This document shows, one piece after another, positions 1 to 10,187 of a stretch of DNA of 64,000 nt. Where the stretch lies: positions 96,001 through 160,000 of the forward strand of contig OZ244742.1 in the NCBI GenBank assembly GCA_965219415.1, read 5' to 3'. This DNA is from Candidatus Marinacidobacterales bacterium. GTDB lineage: Bacteria; Acidobacteriota; Vicinamibacteria; Marinacidobacterales; DATDRI01. A program made the translations under genes and the position numbers. The notes beneath the pieces are model-generated. The model was not told where the DNA came from. It made no database searches and was given only the letters and a program-made list of their open reading frames with translations. Positions within the stretch are counted from its first letter, which is position 1. The number at the start of each line of letters is the position of its first letter.

Positions 1-1
1 C

Positions 2-160
2 CGCCCTCGGGAAAAGGATGAGGCCTTCCGGTACCTGGATACGGCCTACGAGCATCGCGTGACCTTTCTCCCTTGGCTCGAGGTCCTTCCTTTCCTCGAC
101 GACCTGCGCGATGACAGCCGCTACGAAGAGTTGCTCCGTCGGTTGAATCTCTCGCAGTGA
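2..160 (+). CDS. 3' end of a TPR-containing protein (probably Ser/Thr kinase-TPR family), truncated by the window start
   Basis: Frame 2 reads EKDEAFRYLDTAYEHRVTFLPWLEVLPFLDDLRDDSRYEELLRRLNLSQ*. This is paralogous to the C-terminus of the next gene (FRHLEDAFEFRYSMLPWV...LRDDPRLEDLLRRMN). Confidence 0.75.
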   Translation, partial: RPREKDEAFRYLDTAYEHRVTFLPWLEVLPFLDDLRDDSRYEELLRRLNLSQ

Positions 161-193
161 TATACCCGAACATGGAGAGGGGAGTCAGACCCA

Positions 194-2569
194 GTGACGC
201 TCGTTGGGCGAACTCTCTCGCATTACAAAATCCTAGCGGAAAAGGGCCGTGGCGGAATGGGGGAAGTGTACCAAGCGAGAGACGAGACGCTAGGCCGTGA
301 TGTCGCCATCAAAGTCTTGCGGTAGAAGTGGGCTTCCGACCCGGACCGGCTGAGACGCTTCGAGCAGGAAGCGCGCTCCGCATCCGCCCTCAACCATCCG
401 AACATCATTACTATTTACGAAATCGGAGAGTACGAAGGTACGCCCTTCATTGCGATGGAGCATGTGGAGGGTGAAACCTTGAGGGACATTCTGGCCGAGG
501 CTCCCCTGCCCGCCAAGAAGCTGCTACAGATCGCCACCCAGATTGCTGAAGGTTTGGCCAAGGCGCACGCCGCGGGGATCGTGCACCGAGATCTCAAGCC
601 AGAGAACCTGATGGTTACCGACGATGGGCTTGTGAAAATTCTGGACTTTGGTCTCGCCAAGCTGACCGGTCCGCCGGTGGAAATCCAATCCGAGACCGAG
701 ACGAAGGCCAAGATGGGAACGCAGATAGGCACGATTCTAGGAACCGTGCAGTACATGTCCCCGGAACAAGCGAGCGGCCGTTCCGTGGATCATCGCTCCG
801 ATCAGTTTTCGTTGGGATTGATTCTGTATGAGATGGCGACGGGTGAGGTGGCATTTAAGCGAGACACCGCCGCCGGAACACTGGCCGCTATCATCGAGGG
901 CAAAGCCGAACCGATGACGCCACTTGATCCGAGCCTCCCGGGGAGTTTCCGGCGCACGGTCGAGCGGTGCTTGGTGAAAGAGCCCGAAGGTCGTTACGCC
1001 TCGACGGGTGATTTAGCCAAGGAGCTGGAGGAAGCACGGGATGGTCTCGGCGGCCTGCTGACCGGAGTGTGGCTGCGACGGACTGCGATGATTGCGATGG
1101 TGGGCTTTGTTGCAGCACTTCCCGCCGTGGTGGGTTTGAATCTGGGCGAGATTCGAGACCGACTTCTAGGCGGACCTGGCGGAATTCAGTCGATCGCGGT
1201 TCTCCCTTTAAGGAACGTCTCGGGGGATCCGGAGCAGGAGTACTTTTCCGACGGGATGACTGAGGCACTCATCACCGACCTGGGCAAGATCGGAGCCCTA
1301 AAAGTGATTTCGCGGACTTCCGTGATGCGGTTCAAGGGAGCGGATACGCCCCTGGCGGAAATCGCCCAGCAGCTGAACGTGGAGGCGATCTTGGAAGGAT
1401 CGGCCCAGTTGGTTGGGGACCAGGCTGGGATCACGGTGAGGCTGATCGATGCGGCCAGCGGAGAGCAAGGTCTGAGGGTTGACCGCCCGTTCGGTCGAAA
1501 GGCGGGCCTCTTCTTCGGGCGTCAGGGCTATTTCTATTCTGCGAGCGATCGATCGCGCTACATCGTTTTGAGCTACGAGCAGATTGCTGAGATTGCGCTG
1601 GTAGGCTTGCGACCAGAGTTCCAGATGCCGGAACGCCTCATCCTTTTCCTCGAGGGCCGTGTAAACATGAGCTAGAGAGAAAGCATCCCCTGCGGTCGCG
1701 TCCTTCTGCATTTCCGCCAGTATCCTCCGCGCCTCGTTCCCCATACCGGCCTGCGCGTAGGCAACCCCTAGTCCGGTTCGCAGGGGAGAAAAGATCCCGG
1801 TCGCTTTTTTGTGCGCCGTGATAGCCTCTTCATACATTCCCTTTCCTGCAAGGGCCAGCCCCAGAGTGTAGTGTCCTACGGGAAAATTCGGATTCATCTC
1901 TAGCGCCTTGCGGGCTTCCGCGAGGGCCTTATCGTATCGCCCCAGCGCCACATAATATCCTCCCAACCACGCGGTGAAGAGGGGCGATAGCGGATCGATC
2001 TCTTGGGCACGTTTCATTTCGGCGAGGGCGTCATCCCGGCGTCCCATCAGGTCGAGATACCAGGCATAGTGGTAGTGAGCCTCGGCCAAGCTTGGGTTGA
2101 GCACCAGAGCACGCCGCAAGTCCCGTTCCGCGCCTGGCCAGTCCCAATCGTAATAGAGCTTGACGTCACCCTAGAGCGAGGTGGGCTTCGGCCAGTGTGT
2201 CGTCGAGCTCCAACGCTCGGAGGGCAGCCACTTTGGCACGAGGGAACGCCTCTTGGGGGATTGTCCCGGGGCCATGACCGAGAATGGCGTAACCGAGTGC
2301 CAACCCGGCGTAGGCGAACGGGTCTGCCGGGTCGTTTTCGACTGCCTCATGGAGATGACGGAGACCTTTTCGCATTCCTTCCGGTGTAGATTCGTGCAAG
2401 TAAAACATTCCTCTGAGATAAGCCTCGTAAGGATGCGTTCGAGTTCCGCTACAGTATGCTTCCCTGGGTCGGGACCGATCCTTGGTTCCGCCCGTTGCGC
2501 GACGACCCCCGTTTGGAAGATCTGCTCCGCCGGATGAACGTTCCGCTGACTCGCCTCCAAGGAAAGTAG
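194..2569 (+). pseudogene. Ser/Thr protein kinase - TM - TolB_N-like - TPR protein, disrupted
   Basis: GTG at 194; motifs [37 protein letters not shown]. In-frame TAG at 323-325. Segments 1469-1620 and 1621-2429 lie inverted on the - strand, with a +1 frameshift near 2168. The C-terminus resumes on + at ~2430 and ends at TAG 2569. Confidence 0.85.
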
Positions 2570-2591
2570 ACAGTCGTCTTCTCCCGTCCTG

Positions 2592-3410
2592 GAGTGCGCG
2601 GCTCTGCAAGAATAGAGATCGCTGAGAAAAATAGTTCATTTTTTTCTTGACAGTCTTTTCGAAGCGATATGAAAAATATGGCAGGTACGATCTGGAGTGG
2701 ACCTGTACGTGCGACCAACGAACGACAGGCACGCTCGTTTGCTTGGATAGACTTCGAAAGTGTCTCGATGCGTTTGCGTTCAACACGCGCGAACACAGAG
2801 CGTCGAAAAAATCCATGCTATAAAAAGCGTATGAACAAAAAAGACGAATTGAAATCGCTTTCCCGACTATCGGATGACCAGCTTCTTGCTCGACTGTCCA
2901 GCGTTTTGAAACAGTCGCGGCGTCTCGAGTCGGTTCTCGTTGCGCATATCGCCGAAGTCGATGCACGAAGACTGTATGCCCGTGAAGCTTCGTCATCGAT
3001 GTTTCAGTATTGTGTCGACGTGTTGCACCTGTCCGAGGCAGAAGCTTTCCTACGGATAGCCGTCGCGCGTGCGTCGCGCCGACACGTCGCCGGGGGTGCG
3101 CGGAATTCCCGCTCCGGTGAAGCGCTTCGTGTGGGCGCGGGATCAGGCTCAATGCACGTTTGAGAGCAGCGAGGGTAGACGATGTCCCGAGCGTCTAGGG
3201 CTGCAGTTTCATCACCACGATCCCTACGGCCTCGGCGGCGATCGAAGCGCCAAAAATGTCAGACTTCTATGTCGTCCGCACAATCTCTACATGGCGGAGA
3301 TGGACTACGGCAAAGGCAAGATGGAGCGGTACCGACGTTCCGCCGACTGGGTCCGTGAACCGAAGCCGTCGTTTCCACCCTTTCCGGACAGAGTTCAAGA
3401 ATCACCGCCC
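2592..3410 (+). mobile_element. HNH-endonuclease repeat element, copy 1 (internally deleted)
   Basis: Colinear and highly similar to 53866-55214, including ~240 nt upstream of the ATG, while the flanks are unrelated. Confidence 0.75.
2681..2803 (+). ncRNA. putative structured RNA upstream of the HNH gene (copy 1)
   Basis: Hairpins 2681-2686/2701-2706, 2719-2725/2735-2741 and 2772-2777/2789-2794 keep their pairing in copy 2 despite substitutions. Confidence 0.4.
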
Positions 3411-3467
3411 CTTCGTGACTTCAGACCGTCTCCTATGACTTCGAGAGCCTTTGCGGTGAGCTCGTAG
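2831..3467 (+). pseudogene. DUF222-like/HNH endonuclease with ~529-bp internal deletion
   Basis: The N-terminus LSDDQLLARL...EVDARRLY is joined out of frame to RDQAQCTF..RRC..LQFHHHDPYGLGG..N..LLCRPHN. The deletion joins two GCCGACA copies present in copy 2. Confidence 0.8.
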
Positions 3468-3834
3468 TCCGCGAGGTCGGCGGGCGAGACCAATCGCACG
3501 TCGGTGACGTCGGAGCCGGCGCAGAGCGTACCCTCTATCCGCTCACAGAAAAAGTCGGCAAGAACGTAGTGGTAGCGGATCCGAGCGTCCTCGTCTTTCT
3601 CGATGAAGTCGAAAAGGGCCAACTGCTTCCCGACGCGAACGGTCCACCCGGTCCCTTCCGAACCTCTCGCCTCAACGCGTCCTCGAGCGTTTCACCGAGC
3701 TCGACCATGCCTCCGGGTAGCGTCCATCGCCCCTCGAGCGGCGGTTGTCCGCGGCGAATGAGGAGTACTTTTCCGTCTTCGATAACGACTGCCCCCACTC
3801 CGAAGCCGGGTTGCGTCGGGTAGGAGCGGGTCAT
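3395..3834 (-). pseudogene. Nudix hydrolase (ADP-ribose pyrophosphatase-like), frameshifted
   Basis: Nudix box GGMVELGETLEDALRREVR, then a 1-nt slip near 3660 into EGTGWTVRVG...YHYVLADF. Confidence 0.8.
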
Positions 3835-3846
3835 GACTTAGCCGGT

Positions 3847-4857
3847 TTAGCCAGTTTCGAGGCCGCGAGCTTGCAGCAGTTTTTGCGCGAGCGCCAGAGA
3901 GTTGGCGGCAGAATCGACCGCCAGGGAGTCCGCGACGATCCAGAACCGAAAGGCCCCTGCTCGGGCACCGTCCGGGCGAAGGCGGGCGACGTGCACCTTG
4001 TCCGATCCCGAGACGCCTACAGGGGTGGTGTTACTGGCGGAGTGCACCAGAGCTTCGCCCACCTCGATCCCTTCCCGCTCTCCCATTCCGGCGACGATCC
4101 CTTCGGGCGTCGCGTCGTCTGATAATTCCACCCAAAGAGAAAGGGCGTAGCTGTGAAAGACGGGCGCACGCACGAGGGACACCGAAACTATGTCCCCTTC
4201 CAGTCCGGAGAGCTCCGCGGCTTCCTTCGCCACCGTGGCCTCCGGTGACTCCCCACCAGGCTGTTCGGACGGCGGGAGGAGATTGAACGCCAACTGTTCT
4301 CCCAAAACCTCTGTGGAAGGCGTTCCGAAATTAAGGATCTGCACCACCTGCTGATGGAGCTCTTGGACTCCCCGATCACCAAGCTCGGAGGCTGGCAATA
4401 GGGCGGTAGCGAATGCCCGCTGTATCTCGAACGTGCCGGCGATGCCATCCAATACTTTGCCGATAAGAATGGACGCCGTGCTTGGAACTCCCACCAACCG
4501 CGCATCGGGAGGAAGAAACTTCTCGTTCAGCCCGTGCGCCGTGAGCGGTGCGGTGAGGCCTTTATCGGCGACGAATGTAAGGACGCCCTCTCCGGCCGCC
4601 GAGGCGACAAGCGCCAGGGCGTCTTTTCCGGTTCCCTCCCCCACGAAAATGACGTCGAGGGAAGACAACAGATCGGCGTCAAGGGTCTGTGTTACCAATA
4701 CGTCATCTTGGAACTGTGTGAGCGTCGAACTTGATTCGAGTGTGGGTTCGAAGAGTTTGATCTCGATGGCCGGGAAGTCGCCGTCTTCGACTAGCCGGCG
4801 AACCTGCTGCCCGAAAGGGCTGAGCGGACCTACCACCGCGACGCGGTAGCCCTTCAT
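3847..4857 (-). CDS. aspartate-semialdehyde dehydrogenase-like protein (Asd/USG family, degenerate active site)
   Basis: MKGYRVAVVG, QLAFNLLP, VRAPVFHS, FWIVADSL. Its ATG overlaps the pssA stop. Confidence 0.75.
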   Translation of the reverse strand: MKGYRVAVVGPLSPFGQQVRRLVEDGDFPAIEIKLFEPTLESSSTLTQFQDDVLVTQTLDADLLSSLDVIFVGEGTGKDALALVASAAGEGVLTFVADKGLTAPLTAHGLNEKFLPPDARLVGVPSTASILIGKVLDGIAGTFEIQRAFATALLPASELGDRGVQELHQQVVQILNFGTPSTEVLGEQLAFNLLPPSEQPGGESPEATVAKEAAELSGLEGDIVSVSLVRAPVFHSYALSLWVELSDDATPEGIVAGMGEREGIEVGEALVHSASNTTPVGVSGSDKVHVARLRPDGARAGAFRFWIVADSLAVDSAANSLALAQKLLQARGLETG

Positions 4858-5630
4858 GCATCCGGGCCCTTGGGCCCCGAGGGAAGCGGTTCCTCGTGTG
4901 CCGGAGTCAAATTCGTGCGACGTAGGAAGGAGTAAACCTTTAGAGCGATCCCGCTCACCAAGTACGTGACCGACATGCTGAGCAGCATGACTTGAGGATG
5001 AGTCCCGATGGCCACGAAGAGAAGCGCTAGCAGAAGGATAACCAAATAAGGATGGCGCCCTTTGAGGTCGATGTCCTTGAAACTGTAGTACCGCAAGGTA
5101 CTCACCATGAGGAGTGCCAACCCCGCCACCAGGACGGTAATGGGGATCGCTTGTGCCAATGTCTCGAGGGGTCTTGGAAACATAAATACTATCGACGCCA
5201 TCACACCGGCGGCTGCCGGGATCGGCATGCCCGCGAAGAAGCGCTTGTCGTCCACTGTTCTCTGAATATTGAACCGTGCCAACCGCATCGCCCCACAGAT
5301 GAGGAACAAGAAACAAGCGAGCCATCCCACCCGTGGCCAAAGATTGAGAGCCCAAACATAAGCCAGAACCCCCGGAGCCACTCCAAAGGAAACGACATCG
5401 GCGAGGGAGTCGAACTCTTTTCCGAACTCGCTTGTGGCATTGGCGAGACGCGCCACGCGACCATCTAAAGTGTCCAACACGATCGCCCAACCGATCAGCA
5501 TCGCCGCGAGCTCGAGGTCTCCCTTCATGCTGCTCACGATCGAGAAGAACCCACAAAAGACATTGCCTACCGTGAGTAGGCTCGGTAGGAAGTAGATCCC
5601 TCGACGTGGTTTCGACTTAGAAGCGCTCAT
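4854..5630 (-). CDS. pssA: CDP-diacylglycerol--serine O-phosphatidyltransferase
   Basis: CDP-alcohol phosphotransferase motif DTLDGRVAR...FGKEFDSLADVVSFG and RLARFN; adjacent to psd. Confidence 0.92.
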   Translation of the reverse strand: MSASKSKPRRGIYFLPSLLTVGNVFCGFFSIVSSMKGDLELAAMLIGWAIVLDTLDGRVARLANATSEFGKEFDSLADVVSFGVAPGVLAYVWALNLWPRVGWLACFLFLICGAMRLARFNIQRTVDDKRFFAGMPIPAAAGVMASIVFMFPRPLETLAQAIPITVLVAGLALLMVSTLRYYSFKDIDLKGRHPYLVILLLALLFVAIGTHPQVMLLSMSVTYLVSGIALKVYSFLRRTNLTPAHEEPLPSGPKGPDA

Positions 5631-6250
5631 GGTCTCTCCGCCATTATGGTTTCGCCTCCCTTGACGTGCTGCCCTTCCTCGAACCGGACTTTGGTTCCCG
5701 CCGGCATGAGCACGTCGACGCGCGAGCCGAATTGGATCAAGCCGAATCGTTCGCCTCTCTCTAGATGGTCGCCTTTCTTCTTCGAAAACACAATTCTGCG
5801 AGCCACCAGTCCTGCGATCTGCCGGACCACGATCTTGTAAGACCCCTCGACGGTGAGCTCCATCTCGTTTTGTTCGTTCTGGGATGACGCCTGCTCCCGG
5901 TAGGCGGGCAAGAACTGACCCCGCGTATAGCGCACGTTGGTGATGACGCCGGAAAGCGGCGATCGATTGATATGGACGTTGAAGATGGACAAAAAAATAC
6001 TGACCTGCACGCGGTTCCCACTGCTTTCTTTTTCCGGCCCGACGTAAACGATTTTCCCGTCGGCGGGAGAGACCCACAAGCGAGGATCCTCGGGTGGGAT
6101 CCGGTGTGGATCACGGAAAAAGTACGTCACGAAGAGTGCTAGGACGAAAAACGGAATGGAAAGCGGGCGCGTGGGCGGGTAGAGCACCAACGCGAGGGCA
6201 ACTGCGAAAAGAATACCGATGTATGGAAGCCCTTCTTGTGCGATCCTCAT
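5627..6250 (-). CDS. psd: phosphatidylserine decarboxylase proenzyme
   Basis: FFRDP, SPADG, NVHINRSP and the cleavage motif QFGSRVD. Confidence 0.93.
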   Translation of the reverse strand: MRIAQEGLPYIGILFAVALALVLYPPTRPLSIPFFVLALFVTYFFRDPHRIPPEDPRLWVSPADGKIVYVGPEKESSGNRVQVSIFLSIFNVHINRSPLSGVITNVRYTRGQFLPAYREQASSQNEQNEMELTVEGSYKIVVRQIAGLVARRIVFSKKKGDHLERGERFGLIQFGSRVDVLMPAGTKVRFEEGQHVKGGETIMAERP

Positions 6251-6285
6251 TTTACCGGGGGTGGCTCGTGCAGTCCTCAGCGTGG

Positions 6286-6313
6286 CAAGAGAGGATCCGA
6301 CGATCCCCTCTTG
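6286..6313. other. intergenic hairpin between the DUF465 gene and psd
   Basis: CAAGAGAGGATC-CGAC-GATCCCCTCTTG; a 12-bp stem (one G-U pair on the - strand transcript) with no U-tract. Confidence 0.4.
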
Positions 6314-6350
6314 TTGGGTACGACTCTAGTTAGACTCCACGGCCGGTTGG

Positions 6351-6623
6351 CTAGGCGGGCGCGGGTGGTGCGTGCCCTGTGTCTCCATGACCAGCTGTCT
6401 CATGGCTTTGGCGTTCACGAATCAAGGAAGCCATCTTATCTTTTAGAGCGAGCTTTTTCTTCTTGAGCGTGACTTCTTCGAGTTTCTCCTCGTTGCTCAA
6501 GAAAATCTTGCCAGACAGAAATGCAATCCGTTCTTCTAGTTCCTGATGCTTCTTGGTCAGTCGCTGAAACTCCTCGTTTTCCTGTAGCAGGACTTCCTTT
6601 ACTGCATCGGAGCTCTCCGGCAT
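6351..6623 (-). CDS. DUF465/YdcH-family small coiled-coil protein
   Basis: EFQRLTKKHQELEERI...LKKKKLALKDKM; SD GGAGG upstream. Confidence 0.8.
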   Translation of the reverse strand: MPESSDAVKEVLLQENEEFQRLTKKHQELEERIAFLSGKIFLSNEEKLEEVTLKKKKLALKDKMASLIRERQSHETAGHGDTGHAPPAPA

Positions 6624-6795
6624 GAAACACCCCTCCTGTCATAGGTTAAATCGGCTAAGTTGTGGCTGGGAAGAAAGTTACGATAGCGCAAGGGCCTATG
6701 AGTAAAAATATCATAAAGCCTTCTCTGGGTGCAACCCGTTCGCGCCGCCGAGAACTCATACCTCGACATGTCTCGTCAGACCGCGTCGGGCAGGC

Positions 6796-8715
6796 TCATC
6801 GGGGCTCACCGGGTCGCACCAGGGACAGGCTCGCGACCCAGGCGCCGGCGCCCACCTCCGGCACGAGGATCAGCTCGTTGATGCCTGTGACGATCGCCTC
6901 CGCAGGCACAGAAACTTCGGCGCTCCCTCCATCGGTTCCCAGGTCCACGCTTCCCAGCGCGTGCGCCCCGAACGAGAGGGAGAGTGGTCCTTCGGAACGC
7001 CCCTCGAGCTTCAATCGATAGGGAGCCGGTTCTCGTAGGGCCAGATAGATCGAGGCCCCATGCGGCGCCACCGCACGCACGGTTCGCCCTCTTCTTCGTT
7101 GTGGCAGTGACCAGCCCCGCCCCAAATGCAACGCATCAGTGTCCCCCATCCGAATCTCGACGTTATTGGATAGGTATTTCGCGCCGGCGAGATCGTAAAC
7201 GGCTATCGGACCACCGCTTCGGTACCGTTCGAGCAGCGCAGCCGGCCAAGAAAACGGGTATCCGATCATCCGGTAAATGAGCTCGGTAGCGTCACCGGCC
7301 GCGGACCGGAACGAAACCGGACCATCCATTGGAATCGCGCCACGCGAATAAGCTCCCATCAGTGCCAGGTTCCAGATCAAGAACGGGGCAAGGGCTACAG
7401 AAACCGCAAGGAGCGCATGTTTCCGTATTCGCGGTACGAGCCATTCGAGCGACATCGCCAGCCCTAATCCGAAGCCCGCCAACGCGCCATCGAACCGCCG
7501 AGCACCGAAGGAGGCTCCGGCCCACCAATCGTGAACCGCCGCGTTCACGTAAAGCGTCAGCGCGAAGGCGGCGAGCAAGCCTCCCGCCAAGACGGGCGCC
7601 CTCCGCGTCAGACCAACCAACCCTAGCAATCCCAACCACAGCAACGGGGACCAGGAGAGTAATCCGTGGCGCGACGAGAAGAGGACAGCTTCGAGCTCGG
7701 GCGACGCCCAACTCATGTAGCCACCGCCCTGCGGGACGAGAAGAAAATGACCGTAGATCAATTTCCAGAAGATCATTTGCGGCAAGAACGCCGCGACCGC
7801 CGTTCCCACGCCAACCGCAACCTCCTGCCACTTGGGCCACCCACTCTTTCTCCAAACTTCCGTCTTTTTCCAAGCAAAGACGAGCCCGACCGGTACGAAG
7901 ACGATGTTTTGCCAGCGCACCAAAACGACTAGTCCCGCCGCCAGGCCCAGGAAGGCGTAGTCCCAACGGTTTTCGGGTATGCGATGACACAGCAACAAAA
8001 ACCCCGTGACCGAAGCCATTCCGAACGCATGAGACATCGAAGGCTCGAATACCATGTACCAAAAATGAAAAGTTCCAATCCAAATAAGTAGCGACGCGGC
8101 GAAGGCAACCGCACTCTCGAAGTGGAGGCGCACCAACCCGTAGAGCCACAGGACTCCGAGAAAACCCCCGAAGGCGGTGACCGTGGAGATGGCGGTGAAA
8201 TACGGATACCCGATTCCGGTCGGCCGGAAAAGGCCAATGTGTCCGAGGCCGTGCACCACTAGATATGTCGGACTCCACAGGAGTGCCGGGCCGACGCTAA
8301 AGTTGTTGGGTAACCGGCCGGTTTCCGTCGGGAGAAAGTACCCTTCCTGGGCGCCGAGAATGCGGTACTCGTTCTCGAAGTCGAGATCTCCGTCCACGAC
8401 AATCGACCGTAGAGTCGCGAAATAGTGAACCCCGTCGCTCGCCACACGTTGCGGTTGGATGTACAAAGAGACTAAGGTGAGTGCGAAGACGGCGCCCAGT
8501 ACTAGGGGAAAGGGATCTTTCTGACCCTCGCGTCGTCGCTCGCGAGCCTCGATCAGCCGTAGGAGCGCTGCCGTGATCCCCAACAGAACGATCGAGGCCA
8601 CCCAATTTGCCTTCAGAACGTCCGGCAGCTGCGGTCGAAAGACGCCGACAAGGATAAGCCCGGCAAGAGCGATGTCCGGCGCGACTCGTACCAGCACTCG
8701 GAGGGGACTCGCCAT
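6796..8715 (-). CDS. polytopic membrane protein, probable GT-C glycosyltransferase
   Basis: Many TM segments; SDGVHYF...DGDLDFENEY loop, LFSSRHGLLSWSP, WWAGASFGARRF. Confidence 0.7.
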   Translation of the reverse strand: MASPLRVLVRVAPDIALAGLILVGVFRPQLPDVLKANWVASIVLLGITAALLRLIEARERRREGQKDPFPLVLGAVFALTLVSLYIQPQRVASDGVHYFATLRSIVVDGDLDFENEYRILGAQEGYFLPTETGRLPNNFSVGPALLWSPTYLVVHGLGHIGLFRPTGIGYPYFTAISTVTAFGGFLGVLWLYGLVRLHFESAVAFAASLLIWIGTFHFWYMVFEPSMSHAFGMASVTGFLLLCHRIPENRWDYAFLGLAAGLVVLVRWQNIVFVPVGLVFAWKKTEVWRKSGWPKWQEVAVGVGTAVAAFLPQMIFWKLIYGHFLLVPQGGGYMSWASPELEAVLFSSRHGLLSWSPLLWLGLLGLVGLTRRAPVLAGGLLAAFALTLYVNAAVHDWWAGASFGARRFDGALAGFGLGLAMSLEWLVPRIRKHALLAVSVALAPFLIWNLALMGAYSRGAIPMDGPVSFRSAAGDATELIYRMIGYPFSWPAALLERYRSGGPIAVYDLAGAKYLSNNVEIRMGDTDALHLGRGWSLPQRRRGRTVRAVAPHGASIYLALREPAPYRLKLEGRSEGPLSLSFGAHALGSVDLGTDGGSAEVSVPAEAIVTGINELILVPEVGAGAWVASLSLVRPGEPR

Positions 8716-8723
8716 CGACTTGT

Positions 8724-9216
8724 TCAGTCGCTCTGATTGTTTATGAGAGGGGCTTCCTTTCGATACTGGATGGCATGTTGCCGCGGGCGACTGTAATACC
8801 TCTTCCGCTTACCTACCTCGCGGAATCCCATCGAGACGTAGAGTTGGCGCGCGTTGGTGTTCGACTCTCGCACCTCCAAAAACGCGCCGAGGCATCTCGC
8901 CGCTCGTCCAAGCTCGAGAGCTTCTTCGACCAGAAACCTGCCAAGCCCTCTTCCGCGATGTTGCGGATGGACGGCCACGTTCTGGACGTGGAGCTCGTTG
9001 AAGACTACCCACGTGACGCTTGTAGCCGGCGACGAAATCCGAGCCCCCCGGGCTCGAAGAAACCGGACGGGCGACCACCGGGTAACTGAAAGCGTTTTTG
9101 CCGATCTCATCTTGGAACGCCTCCTCGATCACAGTGATTTGGGGAATGTCTTCCACTCTCATCGGCTCGAGCCGGTAGAACGAGCGGGCCTCTTGGCGAG
9201 CGCGTTCGACGCTCAT
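8724..9216 (-). pseudogene. rimI: ribosomal protein alanine N-acetyltransferase, frameshifted
   Basis: ELHVQNVAVHPQHRGRGLG, FLEVRESN..A..LY...GF, RKRYY. The N-terminus is in another frame (shift ~9020). Follows tsaB. Confidence 0.8.
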
Positions 9217-9310
9217 GCCCTCACCCGGCGTCTGAGTTCATTGATAGCGGCACGACATGTTTTGACGCCCTCAGTCCCTCCGAGTGAGAGGGAGTAACGG
9301 ATGGAAGCCA

Positions 9311-10012
9311 TCATCGTTTCGGTGCCTTTTCCGCATCCGATGGACGCAGGTAGAGAGCCCGTAGTCCCCCTAGTGGAGCCGCCTCGCCCTGCTCGTGGAG
9401 ACGCTTTCCGATACGTGCCACCTCCTCACCAAGAAACAAGAAGGGCTCGGTAAGCTCAGCGCGCTCACCCAACGACTCGCGGATTCGGTCTCCATAGATT
9501 TCGAGACCGCTTCCACCGAACAAAATTGGCCGGCCATCTCCCTCGAGATCCCCCACGGGGATCCGAGCCAGGAACGTTTCTAACGATTCGCACACCGGCT
9601 TCCCGACCGCGGTGACGGAGTGCCCATCGCCCCGGAACAACGCGCCGAAGATCTCCCCTCGACGTGCGTCTATTACGGACGCGATGAGGCCCGCGTGGGA
9701 CCGGTGTCTGTACGCAGTTGCCTCTAGCGTCGAAACACCGACCACCGGACGGCCGGTCGCGAAGGCGAGCCCCTCGACGCTGGCGAGCCCGATTCGAAGG
9801 CCGGTGAACGAGCCAGGCCCCGCCGCGACCGCGAAGGCCTCGACCGCGTCGAGTGAGGAGTCGATCCGATCGAAGAGGCGGTCCAATTCCGGGAGAAGCT
9901 TCTGCGCGTGGCCTCGACGGGTCATGAAGCCGGCAAACCCGGCGAGCTCGTCGTCATCGAGCAGCGCGATGCTTCCGTTCGGCCCGGTGCTATCGACCGC
10001 CAAGAGCTTCAT
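9311..10012 (-). CDS. tsaB: tRNA threonylcarbamoyladenosine biosynthesis protein TsaB
   Basis: MKLLAVDST, GPGSFTGLRIG, IDARRGEIF, LYLRPSDAE. Confidence 0.93.
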   Translation of the reverse strand: MKLLAVDSTGPNGSIALLDDDELAGFAGFMTRRGHAQKLLPELDRLFDRIDSSLDAVEAFAVAAGPGSFTGLRIGLASVEGLAFATGRPVVGVSTLEATAYRHRSHAGLIASVIDARRGEIFGALFRGDGHSVTAVGKPVCESLETFLARIPVGDLEGDGRPILFGGSGLEIYGDRIRESLGERAELTEPFLFLGEEVARIGKRLHEQGEAAPLGGLRALYLRPSDAEKAPKR

Positions 10013-10174
10013 CCGGAACATCTTATGCAGCCAAATTGGCGGATTCAAACTGGCGTCTGGCGAGCTTGCATTTTGGCACCCTCATATTTTGACGCCCGGA
10101 AGTGGTAGTCAGACCGTCTGGCTCTGCTCAAAGCGGCAACGGCGTCGACTGACGGCCCGGCTCTGCTTTCAGTG

Positions 10175-10180
10175 TACAAT
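10175..10180 (+). promoter_or_regulatory. -10 hexamer for a probably leaderless mutS transcript
   Basis: TACAAT ends 7 nt before the mutS ATG, and no SD is present. Confidence 0.4.
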
Positions 10181-10187
10181 CCGCCCG

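Noticed and set aside
1469-2429. Shufflon or invertase-controlled phase variation
   Set aside because: No repeated recombination sites at the three junctions, no recombinase, and the gene also has a nonsense codon and a frameshift.
2166-3152. 328-aa minus-strand ORF
   Set aside because: A chimera of the antisense HNH element and the inverted TPR segment, not a real gene.
9612-10187. N-terminal extensions of MutS (and of the Asd-like and PssA ORFs) in the ORF track
   Set aside because: They overlap neighbouring genes; family homology starts at 10188, 4857 and 5630.
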